64,000 nucleotides of DNA from Candidatus Woesebacteria bacterium (GTDB taxonomy: Bacteria; Patescibacteriota; Microgenomatia; UBA1400; UBA1396). This document shows positions 27,081 through 35,460 of the stretch, one piece after another. A model generated the notes under the pieces. The model made no database searches, was not told the origin of the DNA, and worked only from the letters and a program-made list of their open reading frames with translations. The first letter of the stretch is position 1. Each line of letters begins with the position of its first letter. The stretch spans positions 17,872 through 81,871 of the forward strand of contig JAJOJK010000017.1 in assembly GCA_021208605.1 (NCBI GenBank), written 5' to 3'. A program made the position numbers and the translations under genes.

Positions 27081-28606
27081 TTGCTCCATGGCGAAAAATT
27101 GATGAATTTCTGAATGAGTACACCATGTATCGGGTGGTGCTGTATGCCTTGGTAGTCTTGGCCGGTATTGCGTTCTTTTTTAGTGCGGTTGGGATTCTCG
27201 ATTATTCATTTGTTTCGTTGTTGTCGAGTATTGTGCTTTTGGGTGTGAGTTGTGTGAGTGTGAATCGAGTGGCAGCTTGGGCTCTGAGTGTCCCCACAAA
27301 TGTGGAGTCGGCAGCTATTACTTCGCTGATTCTGTTTTTTGTGGTGACGCCACCGCAAAACTTCTCAGAAGGCATGGTTTTAGTTGGTGTGGGAGCGATC
27401 AGTATGCTCAGCAAATACTTGCTAGCTTGGCAGAAAAAACACGTCTTTAATCCGGTCGCAATAGCCTTGGTGATCGCGGGCATTTTAGGATTGCCCATTG
27501 CCAGTTGGTGGGTAGCAACGCCCGTATTAGCTCCATTCACCCTGATTTTGGGAATTCTCGTTGTGCGGAAAATTCGACGATTTGGCATGGTGGGAGCTTT
27601 TATCCTGGCGGCCAGTATGGGAATTTTGGGCTTAGGACTCTGGCGCGGAGCGAATCTCACCGATTTGGTATATGAACTCTACGCATCGTGGCCGATTGCT
27701 TTCTTTGCCACATTTATGCTGACTGAACCACTGACCACGCCGCCAACTTGGCAGTATCGGGTGGCCTACGGCGTTTTGGTGGGCGCGATTTTTGGTTCCC
27801 AACTGGGCTGGTGGCGGTTGTATGCCTCGCCTGAGTTGGCCTTGATAATGGGAAATATATTTTCGTTTGCGGTGAGTCCGAAGTATCGTTTGCTGTTGCG
27901 GTTGGTGGAAAAACGGCAGTTGGCGCGTCAGACCTTTGAGTTTGTATTTCAGTCGAGTCGGAAGATGCGTTTTCAGCCTGGGCAGTACATGGAGTGGACG
28001 TTTGCGCATGATGCACCAGATGACCGCGGCAATCGCCGTTACTTTACGATTGCTTCGTCGCCGACGGAAGAAGAAATTTTGCTTGGAGTCCGTATTCCAG
28101 AGCAGGCGAGTTCCTATAAGCGCGAACTGGCTGCTATGCAGCCGGGTGAAGAGATTGTGGCCGGTCAGTTAGCCGGCGATTTCACTTTGCCCGCTGATGA
28201 GACTCAACCGCTGGTGTTTATTGCGGGCGGGATTGGTATTACGCCGTTTCGCAGCATGATTCAGTATTTGGTCGACACGAAGCAGAAACGTGCGGTGACA
28301 TTGTTTTACGTTAACAAAATCGTTGACGATATTGCGTATAAAGACCTCTTTGATGCTGCCAAGAAAAAACTGCCTGGTTTTTCTGTGGTGTATGTGCTCA
28401 CCGATGAATCGCAGGTGCCGAAAAAATGGTCAGGCGAAACAGGATACATTACTGGTGAAATGCTCCAACGGCATTTGGAAGATATCACGCGACCGCTGTA
28501 TTACTTATCGGGACCGAACGCAATGGTCGACGCCTACAAAGACGTTTTGCGTGTAAATGGCGTCAACGAGGCGGCGATTAAGACGGATTATTTCCCGGGA
28601 TTTTGA
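27077..28606 (+). CDS. fusion protein: NqrB/RnfD-like polytopic membrane domain plus an FNR-like FAD/NAD(P)-binding oxidoreductase domain
   Basis: The N-terminal approximately 300 aa have multiple TM helices (HVFNPVAIAL). The C-terminus carries RRYFTIASSP (RxYS FAD motif) and GGIGITPF (NAD motif). Translationally coupled to apbE. Confidence 0.6.
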   Translation: MIAPWRKIDEFLNEYTMYRVVLYALVVLAGIAFFFSAVGILDYSFVSLLSSIVLLGVSCVSVNRVAAWALSVPTNVESAAITSLILFFVVTPPQNFSEGMVLVGVGAISMLSKYLLAWQKKHVFNPVAIALVIAGILGLPIASWWVATPVLAPFTLILGILVVRKIRRFGMVGAFILAASMGILGLGLWRGANLTDLVYELYASWPIAFFATFMLTEPLTTPPTWQYRVAYGVLVGAIFGSQLGWWRLYASPELALIMGNIFSFAVSPKYRLLLRLVEKRQLARQTFEFVFQSSRKMRFQPGQYMEWTFAHDAPDDRGNRRYFTIASSPTEEEILLGVRIPEQASSYKRELAAMQPGEEIVAGQLAGDFTLPADETQPLVFIAGGIGITPFRSMIQYLVDTKQKRAVTLFYVNKIVDDIAYKDLFDAAKKKLPGFSVVYVLTDESQVPKKWSGETGYITGEMLQRHLEDITRPLYYLSGPNAMVDAYKDVLRVNGVNEAAIKTDYFPGF

Positions 28607-28640
28607 AGCATTAAAAAAGCAGCCAAAGCTGCTTTTCTTG

Positions 28641-28715
28641 TGGCTGCCGGACTAGGACTCGAACCTAGAATAACGGCTCCAAAGGCCGCTGTGATGCCAT
28701 TTCACCATCCGGCAA
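28641..28715 (-). tRNA. tRNA-Gln (UUG)
   Basis: Hand-folded cloverleaf: acceptor UGCCGGA/UCCGGCA, T-arm CUAGG-UUCGAGU-CCUAG, anticodon loop CUUUGGA, CCA encoded. Confidence 0.75.
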
Positions 28716-28840
28716 AGACGAACGAAGCATCATTATACCAGACCGATACGGTTTTCTGGGAAGCATTTCATGCAAATTTCCTCAAGCAAAGTCTCTCCGC
28801 AGACCGGGGAAGGAATGATACAATACAGTTCTCCAGCCGT

Positions 28841-28913
28841 GCCGACGTAGCTCAGTGGTAGAGCGGCGGTATCGTAAACCGTAGGTCGTGGGTTCGAATC
28901 CCACCGTCGGCTC
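28841..28913 (+). tRNA. tRNA-Thr (CGU)
   Basis: Acceptor GCCGACG/CGUCGGC, D-arm GCUC-AGUGGUA-GAGC, anticodon loop AUCGUAA, T-arm GUGGG-UUCGAAU-CCCAC. Confidence 0.8.
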
Positions 28914-28916
28914 ACA

Positions 28917-28945
28917 AAAAAGACGCTTTCGGCGTCTTTTTTTGT
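28917..28945. terminator. bidirectional intrinsic terminator
   Basis: AAAAAAGACGCUUUCGGCGUCUUUUUUU is a perfect hairpin with A and U runs on both sides. Confidence 0.8.
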
Positions 28946-29128
28946 GAGGCTATGTTGGTAGCAGAGAAGCCAATTGGGTTCCGACGCCCAGGGAGTCCTT
29001 TGAGCGAAGCGAAACGGCGACCAGGCTAGTACCCGGAGGGTGCGACGGGGTGAGCATATCAAATATAATGAATGCGAAACCATGACCAGACAGTATCCAG
29101 TGTGGTGCCAAGGTGGGTCTATTAAAGC

Positions 29129-31129
29129 TTAATGAGAAGTAGAATTTGCCGTGTCTTTCTTCCAAGCCAATGTCTCTACTAAACGGCGTTCAAACTCTTG
29201 GAAGAGGCGGGAGTAGTTGCGTTCAATAATTTGCATCTGGAAGCTGTTTTTGAGACGGAACTGCTCGTGTTCAGTTTTGACACTGTCGATAATACGCAAC
29301 GCTTGTTTGTCGTTATCGAGGAGGTCAGCTACGTGTTCGAGGTAAAGAATTGCTTCACTACTGGCTACAATACGAGCCTGTAGAAGTGATAAACGGCTCA
29401 TAATTAAGTTTTTCTGGTTGCCAATTAACCAGCTTTGAATAAAAGGCAGTGGGAAGTTTTGAATAGATTCGCGAAGGCGAGCGAGACGTCCGAGGAACGT
29501 TTCTTGGCTATCAACTCGGCCACCAGCACGGTATCCACGTCCAGCGTAGAGTTCTGGGTACTCAAGCGCGTCTTGCTGAAGGTCGAGTTCTGTTTTGAAG
29601 GTGTTCAAAACGTTGGCGGAGATGTGTTCATGCTCAAAGAGGCGATTGATCGTTTTTCGCTCGATTTCCAGTACTTCCAAACGCAAACTTTTTTCCAGCT
29701 CGCGTGGAGTGGCGAGTTCCGCAAGGCGTTTTTGGTGTTTTCGTTCCCGTTCGGAGAGAGTGCGTTGCACATCTTTCAAAACCACTCGAGAGAATTCGTT
29801 GTCAGAGAGTTGTTCTAAGCGATGCTTTGCTTCTTGAATAGTGAAGATATTCGTTTCTTCTTGAATAATCTCTTCTTCCCGTTTCGGCAGGTGGAGGCCA
29901 AGCTTCATGAGGAGTTTGCGGATCGTGGTGGCATTTACCAGCATAGTGAAAAGGAAGGTAGCCAAGGTGTAAGCAATAAATTCTTCGCGCAACACAAAAT
30001 CTTGTGGCAGTGAGTACACCAAAACTAAAGGAATTACTCCCCGTAAACCACCCCAGTTCAAAACGTGTTGCCACTTAAGGAACACATTTGGCTCATTTTT
30101 GAAGAAAGGAATAGTGTTCGTTAAGAAGAAGGTGACATACGTAGAAACCGCGCGGCTAATGAGTACCGCCAGAATGACAAGCATGACACTGTATGGTTGC
30201 GCGATAATTCCGGCGAGGTCCAAATCCAGACCAGCAAAGAAGAACACCAGCGAAACCGAAATAAAACCAATGTATTCCCAGAGTTCTTCCATGAAAGAAA
30301 TAACTGGCGAGGAAATATTGGTGCGACCAATATTACCCATGGTGAGACCAGCCGCGACAGTGGCAATTACGCCAGAAAGTCCGAAGAAGTGCTCCGCCGC
30401 GACGAAGGTAATGAGTGCCAGGGCAATTGTCATGGTGGTTTCGACCAGACGATCATTCTTGATGTTTGAGATAAAGAGCGAAGTCGCGTACGCAGCCACA
30501 AAGCCAAAGCCCATACTGCCAATAAAGACATAGGTAAAGTCAAGCAAGCTGTAGGCCAAGTCGACTGTGGCAAACAGTTGGTCTGCCACCACAAAGCCAC
30601 TAATCAGACGGAACAAAATAACAGCCGTAGCGTCGTTAAACATACTTTCGCCTTCGGCAAGGAGACCGAGTCGTTTTGGTGCACCCAATTCCTTAAAGAG
30701 CGCGAGCACCGCGATAGGATCGGTTGCGGATATGAGGGCACCAAAGAGTAAACCGTGCAGTGGGTCCATGCCCAGGAATTGAGAAAGCAAGAAGGCCACT
30801 GTTCCCGTGGCAAGTAACACGCCAAAAGTGGCTAAGAAGGTAATCGTCTTAAACTGCAGTTGGAACTGGTGAAAGTTAATGTGAAACGCAGATTCATATA
30901 GCAACAGCGGAAGCAAAACGAAGTAGATAAGGTCGGATTCCAAGCTGAGCGGGTTGTGGAGTCCAGCTGCCTCGAGTAAATATTGACCGATAAAGCCACA
31001 CACTAAGAGTGCAACGGTGTACGGCACGTTACTGCGACGAACGAAAGACTGCAGGGCAGCCGTGATAGCCAAAAAGAGGCCAGTAAACAATACACCAATA
31101 ATCAATGCTTCCGCATGCATGTTCTGCAT
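29129..31129 (-). CDS. CPA1-family Na+/H+ antiporter (NhaP-type) with a long C-terminal cytoplasmic regulatory domain
   Basis: Twelve or more TM helices with Na_H_Exchanger pattern, and a 230-aa coiled C-terminus. Confidence 0.75.
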   Translation of the reverse strand: MQNMHAEALIIGVLFTGLFLAITAALQSFVRRSNVPYTVALLVCGFIGQYLLEAAGLHNPLSLESDLIYFVLLPLLLYESAFHINFHQFQLQFKTITFLATFGVLLATGTVAFLLSQFLGMDPLHGLLFGALISATDPIAVLALFKELGAPKRLGLLAEGESMFNDATAVILFRLISGFVVADQLFATVDLAYSLLDFTYVFIGSMGFGFVAAYATSLFISNIKNDRLVETTMTIALALITFVAAEHFFGLSGVIATVAAGLTMGNIGRTNISSPVISFMEELWEYIGFISVSLVFFFAGLDLDLAGIIAQPYSVMLVILAVLISRAVSTYVTFFLTNTIPFFKNEPNVFLKWQHVLNWGGLRGVIPLVLVYSLPQDFVLREEFIAYTLATFLFTMLVNATTIRKLLMKLGLHLPKREEEIIQEETNIFTIQEAKHRLEQLSDNEFSRVVLKDVQRTLSERERKHQKRLAELATPRELEKSLRLEVLEIERKTINRLFEHEHISANVLNTFKTELDLQQDALEYPELYAGRGYRAGGRVDSQETFLGRLARLRESIQNFPLPFIQSWLIGNQKNLIMSRLSLLQARIVASSEAILYLEHVADLLDNDKQALRIIDSVKTEHEQFRLKNSFQMQIIERNYSRLFQEFERRLVETLAWKKDTANSTSH

Positions 31130-31167
31130 TTTACCGCTTGGTCAGGGAAAACGGAAGAAGATTTTTT

Positions 31168-31215
31168 TCAATGCCAAAAAGCCGCGGTTGCTCGGCAGCC
31201 GCGGCTTAAGTTGGA
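31168..31215 (-). terminator. intrinsic terminator after the LysM gene
   Basis: Minus-strand AAGCCGCGG-loop-CCGCGGCTT followed by TTTTTGG..AAAAAAA. Confidence 0.5.
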
Positions 31216-31225
31216 GTCTCACTAT

Positions 31226-31783
31226 TTACTCTTGAGTGTTTACTGGAGTGGTCATCCCACCCTTAGTTTGGACAGGCTGATCAGGATTTTGCTCCTGCAT
31301 TTCTTGCACTGTTTCGGTCATCGCGCTACGAGGAACACCAGCTTCTTCTTGTGTTCGCACTGAAACTTTTGGAATAGTCAATTGCATCCCTGGAGTCAGT
31401 TCTTGATCTGGGTTGAGGCTGTTTTCCGTTTCGATATCGACGTAGTTAAATCCAGAACCGTAGAAAGCTTCGGCGATAGCCCAGGTAGAGTCGCCTTCCC
31501 GAACGGTGTAGCGTGCTGGAAGGTTTGTGGGCACTTCGCGTCCGGTTTCATCTGTCTCTGTCATAACCTCGGTGGGGAGTTCCGTGACCTCAACCACGTT
31601 TTGTTGCTGCTCTTCTGTTGGTGTTTCTTCAGCGGCCTGACGGTTTTGCCGCCAGTTACGGATGTATGAAAACGCCAAAGCACCAATAACTACGACCACC
31701 ATGGCGCCAAGAATCATGCTAATTACGGACTCGCTGTCGGTGGGGACAGTAACTTTAGGTTTGGCATTCTGTGTATTGGCCAT
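31226..31783 (-). CDS. LysM domain protein, membrane-anchored, acidic
   Basis: One TM helix and a C-terminal LysM (YTVREGDSTWAIAEAFYG...LTPGMQLTIP). Confidence 0.7.
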   Translation of the reverse strand: MANTQNAKPKVTVPTDSESVISMILGAMVVVVIGALAFSYIRNWRQNRQAAEETPTEEQQQNVVEVTELPTEVMTETDETGREVPTNLPARYTVREGDSTWAIAEAFYGSGFNYVDIETENSLNPDQELTPGMQLTIPKVSVRTQEEAGVPRSAMTETVQEMQEQNPDQPVQTKGGMTTPVNTQE

Positions 31784-31947
31784 TTTCCTCCCTACTTGTA
31801 GGCTCTATTTCTCTTTTCGGAGTTTTGTGGACACTATGCCACTGGCTCCATCTTTTTCGCAAAGATTATAAGTTACCGTATACGATTTTTCGGGGAGTGG
31901 CAAGAGGGAAAGAGCTTCTTTGTGGTAGAGAGTTCGCTTTATAAGTA

Positions 31948-32504
31948 TTAGCGGCGAGAAAAATAGCGAAAAAGAGCGTCGGCAAGTTCATCTATTGATG
32001 ATGAGTGATGCAAAGTATCGAGGCTCTCGTTGGCTTTCGTCGTGGCTCGAATAAGTTCAGCAGTATATAAGATGTCATTCGGTTTTTCCGGATGCCACGT
32101 CAGCGATACCTGAAGTGCAGTAGTGGGCCGAGCAAGTCGTCCCAGTGCTAATTCTGCAGTCAGAGTAATGTTCTGTATCTCCACGCGTTCTCCCCAAAGA
32201 ATAATCTGCACTTGGGCAGATGTAGTCAATCGATCAGAAAAACCATTTTTTTCATCCTCCAAGAGGGGTGATAATTCATGTATCCGGAAAAGCAGATGAT
32301 AGATAAAGTTGTTGAATTCTCCGTGTATCTTCTGATATTCAGTTTTTTTTGAATTGCTTTAAGGACATCAGAAGTAATATTTGGTACTGCGGTTGCTGAT
32401 TCGTGATACGGAGCAACTTCGGAATGGAGCATCGTTCCGCGGAGTTCGATTGTGGGGAGCATAGTTTCTTGTCCGTAGTATAAGGAAAGGAGTGGTTGTG
32501 TCAA
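31948..32504 (-). CDS. hypothetical protein(s): two overlapping ORFs (92 aa and 104 aa) in different frames; possibly one frameshifted gene
   Basis: 32226..32504 and 31948..32262 overlap by 37 nt. No recognisable motif. Confidence 0.25.
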
Positions 32505-32589
32505 AGTTATTTCTGTGTTTCTTGCCTGAACGTAAAAGCTCCTTCTTTTTTTGCCTCGCCATGATACAATAACTTTCTCATCTCGCTAT

Positions 32590-32666
32590 GGTCGCGTGGT
32601 GTAGCTGGTTAACATACCTCTCTGTCACAGAGGAGACCGCCGGTTCGAGTCCGGTCGCGACCGCCA
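32590..32666 (+). tRNA. tRNA-Asp (GUC)
   Basis: Acceptor GGUCGCG/CGCGACC, anticodon loop CUGUCAC, T-loop UUCGAGU, CCA encoded. Preceded by a TGaTACAAT extended -10. Confidence 0.8.
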
Positions 32667-32718
32667 TTTTTTGAGTTGAATTATATTTCTTTTATCCTTT
32701 AAAATACAAAGTAGGTAT

Positions 32719-33804
32719 ATGTTTACAGAAAATCCACAATCGACAAATTTAAAAGATCGAGAGTCTGTGAATACGCCACGTGCTTTGGAAGTTTTTTCTC
32801 AACTTCTCTTACGTTATAATACTCTTTCAGATCAACAGCAGCAGGTCATAGATGGAATTATTACTCAACTTGATTTTTTGCAAAGAACCATTCTTGGCAA
32901 ACAAAGTGAGCCTGAAGAGTCCGCGGAGCAAATAGAAATTCGCAGTGAAGAAAAAGAGACTTTATCAGCAGGTATAGATCCGGATGAAGTGTATGCTCAA
33001 ATGAGAGATTTTGAAGTTATCGCAACTCAAGAGCAGAGAAGAAAACTCAGTAGAATGTTCTTTAATTTAGGGTATTGGTCGCATATCAGGTATGGCGCCA
33101 GCAGTTCTCATGATATTATTCAAGATTTAGAAGAAATATCGGATGATAGCCCAGAAATAAATAGACAAAAGCAATTAATATTGCAATACATTCAAGACTA
33201 TATTAATGCTGTCAAAAATGAGGCTGATTTACCTTCGATTGATTATGAAATGCTTGAAAATGGTGGAGTAGAGATTCTTCATGATCTCTCTGAGGAAAGC
33301 AGAGAAAAAGTAATGAAAGTATTAGAAGATATAAACGAGCTTACGGCACATCTTTTTCAGGTAGATAACGTAAATTTTACAGTGAGGGGAAATAATTTAA
33401 TTCAAACACCCGGGGTATATGATCTTTCGTTCAGACCATCTAGTGCCTTTAAAAGTGCATTTCCAAATGATTATGATGATCAAGCTGATGTTATTGAAAG
33501 AAGAAACTTGAATAAATCTCTTACTATTGTTTTGGATGGTTCTACCGCTCATTTGAATGGACATAATATTGGTGTTGACTTTTATGATCGTCCCACCAGT
33601 TTTGGTATTAAAATTATTTTTAAGGACTCCGATTCTGCAAAACGGTTTCTTCAGGTAATCAACGAGGTTAAAGTAGCTGATAGAAATAGCTTTTTAATGA
33701 CTTTGCTTGAAGGAGCTGTTAAACGTTGTAATCAAGATATATATGATTTAGGTATGTATTTTTCCAAACAACTAATTCGCGAAGTGATTGTAGAAGTAAT
33801 TTAG
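32719..33804 (+). CDS. hypothetical protein (AT-rich ORFan next to tRNA-Asp)
   Basis: 361 aa with about 33% GC versus about 48% nearby. No known motif. Confidence 0.45.
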   Translation: MFTENPQSTNLKDRESVNTPRALEVFSQLLLRYNTLSDQQQQVIDGIITQLDFLQRTILGKQSEPEESAEQIEIRSEEKETLSAGIDPDEVYAQMRDFEVIATQEQRRKLSRMFFNLGYWSHIRYGASSSHDIIQDLEEISDDSPEINRQKQLILQYIQDYINAVKNEADLPSIDYEMLENGGVEILHDLSEESREKVMKVLEDINELTAHLFQVDNVNFTVRGNNLIQTPGVYDLSFRPSSAFKSAFPNDYDDQADVIERRNLNKSLTIVLDGSTAHLNGHNIGVDFYDRPTSFGIKIIFKDSDSAKRFLQVINEVKVADRNSFLMTLLEGAVKRCNQDIYDLGMYFSKQLIREVIVEVI

Positions 33805-33825
33805 CAGAATAGGAAAGGATAATTT

Positions 33826-34416
33826 ATGAATACACTCTTTATCATCATCGTCATTGCTTTACTCGCTGGAGCATTTTACGTCGTTTCCGTCTACAACGGC
33901 CTCCAAGCCTTGCTCACGCAAATCGAAGCCGCCACGCAAGAGATTGGGAACCAACTCAAGCGCCAAGCCAACTTAATTCCAAATTTGGAAAAATCTGCCA
34001 AAGCTATCTTGAAGCAAGAAAAATCCATTTTCGAAATGCTCTCGGAAGCTCGTAAAAGTGTAAACCAAGCTGTGGAAACAGGATCTGCCAGTGCCATCGA
34101 GCAGGCCGAAAAGCAAATCCAAGCCGTTTTACCAAAGTTGCAAGTGGTCATGGAAGACAATCCCGAGATGAAGAGCAACGAGACTGTCCAACAGTTTATG
34201 GCCGAGTTGCGTGACACCGCGGACAAAGTCACCTACGCTCGCCGTGCTGTCATCGATTTGTCGCAACAATACAACCAACGCTTAGTGGTCTTTCCTTCAA
34301 ACATTATTGCGAATATGTTTGGCTTCAAGAAGCAAGCTGGTTTGCAGATGCCAACCGATGGTGACCATCTGAGCGTCTCTGACGACGAGACCCAGAGTCC
34401 AGAAGTTTCTTTATAA
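33826..34416 (+). CDS. lemA: LemA family protein
   Basis: N-terminal TM helix and the LemA pattern (VYNGLQ...IPNLE...ARRAVIDLSQQYN). Confidence 0.75.
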   Translation: MNTLFIIIVIALLAGAFYVVSVYNGLQALLTQIEAATQEIGNQLKRQANLIPNLEKSAKAILKQEKSIFEMLSEARKSVNQAVETGSASAIEQAEKQIQAVLPKLQVVMEDNPEMKSNETVQQFMAELRDTADKVTYARRAVIDLSQQYNQRLVVFPSNIIANMFGFKKQAGLQMPTDGDHLSVSDDETQSPEVSL

Positions 34417-34450
34417 GTGAGCGAGAAAGCTCCCAAGCAGAGGAGGGGAG

Positions 34451-35350
34451 ATGTCGGTCTACCAACAAATTGCTAGTAACAAGCGTAAGACATGGTTTAT
34501 TGTCGGAATGTTTACCGCCTTTGTGGTCGGAGTGAGTTGGGTTTTCGCCCAGGTGATGGGATATGGCCCCGGCGCCGTCGGCATTGCCATGATTTTGGCT
34601 GGTATTGGTTCCTTTGCCACCTACTGGTTCTCGGACCGCATTGTGCTGACGATGAGCGGTGCGCGACCAGCTACGCGCGAGCGCGATTTCGAGTTCTTTA
34701 CCGTTACTGAAAACCTCTGTTTAGCGGCTCGTCTGCCGATGCCAGATCTCTATGTGATCGAAGACACGGCCATGAATGCCTTTGCTACTGGTCGTGATCC
34801 CAAGCATGCCGTGGTGTGTGCTACCACTGGCTTGCTGCAGCGTTTAGATCGCTCGGAATTAGAAGGTGTGGTGGCGCATGAACTTTCACACATTGAAAAT
34901 TACGATATTCGTTTGATGGCTGTTGTCTCTGTCATGGTTGGTTTTATTGCTTTGATTGCCGATATCTTTCTGCGTTGGAGTTTCTGGGGCGGGAAGTCTG
35001 ATAACGAGGGTGGAAAACAATTCCAAGCCATTTTATTTCTGGTGGGAATTGTGTTGGCGATTTTGTCGCCCATTGCCGCTCAACTCATTCAGCTGGCTAT
35101 TTCTCGCAATCGCGAGTTCTTGGCTGATGCCTCAGCAGCCAAGTTAACGCACTATCCTGAAGGGTTAGTGCGTGCACTGCAAAAGATCTCTGCTGATCGT
35201 GAACCACTAGAAGCTGCCAACAAGGCTACAGCGCACATGTACATCAGTGATCCGCTGAAAAATCATAAGGACGCTGTTGGGTGGTTTGCTGGTTTGTTCC
35301 AGACACATCCGCCGGTAGATGAGCGTATTTCTCGCTTAAAATCGCTATAA
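34451..35350 (+). CDS. htpX: M48 zinc metalloprotease HtpX-like
   Basis: HELSHI (HExxH) motif, four TM helices, and the conserved lemA-htpX gene pairing. Confidence 0.8.
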   Translation: MSVYQQIASNKRKTWFIVGMFTAFVVGVSWVFAQVMGYGPGAVGIAMILAGIGSFATYWFSDRIVLTMSGARPATRERDFEFFTVTENLCLAARLPMPDLYVIEDTAMNAFATGRDPKHAVVCATTGLLQRLDRSELEGVVAHELSHIENYDIRLMAVVSVMVGFIALIADIFLRWSFWGGKSDNEGGKQFQAILFLVGIVLAILSPIAAQLIQLAISRNREFLADASAAKLTHYPEGLVRALQKISADREPLEAANKATAHMYISDPLKNHKDAVGWFAGLFQTHPPVDERISRLKSL

Positions 35351-35377
35351 ATCAGCATATTTGTATTTTCTTCGGTA

Positions 35378-35404
35378 TTATCACTCCCCTTGAATGATTG
35401 CTAA
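35378..35404 (+). promoter_or_regulatory. CIRCE-like inverted repeat (candidate HrcA operator) overlapping the clpB promoter
   Basis: TTATCACTC-N9-GATTGCTAA matches the CIRCE consensus TTAGCACTC-N9-GAGTGCTAA at 16 of 18 positions. It overlaps a -35 TTGAAT, with a 17-nt spacer to AATAAT. Confidence 0.4.
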
Positions 35405-35460
35405 TTTTGCGCAATAATACGTATACGACAATCGTAAAACGAGTAACAAAAGGAGTGACC

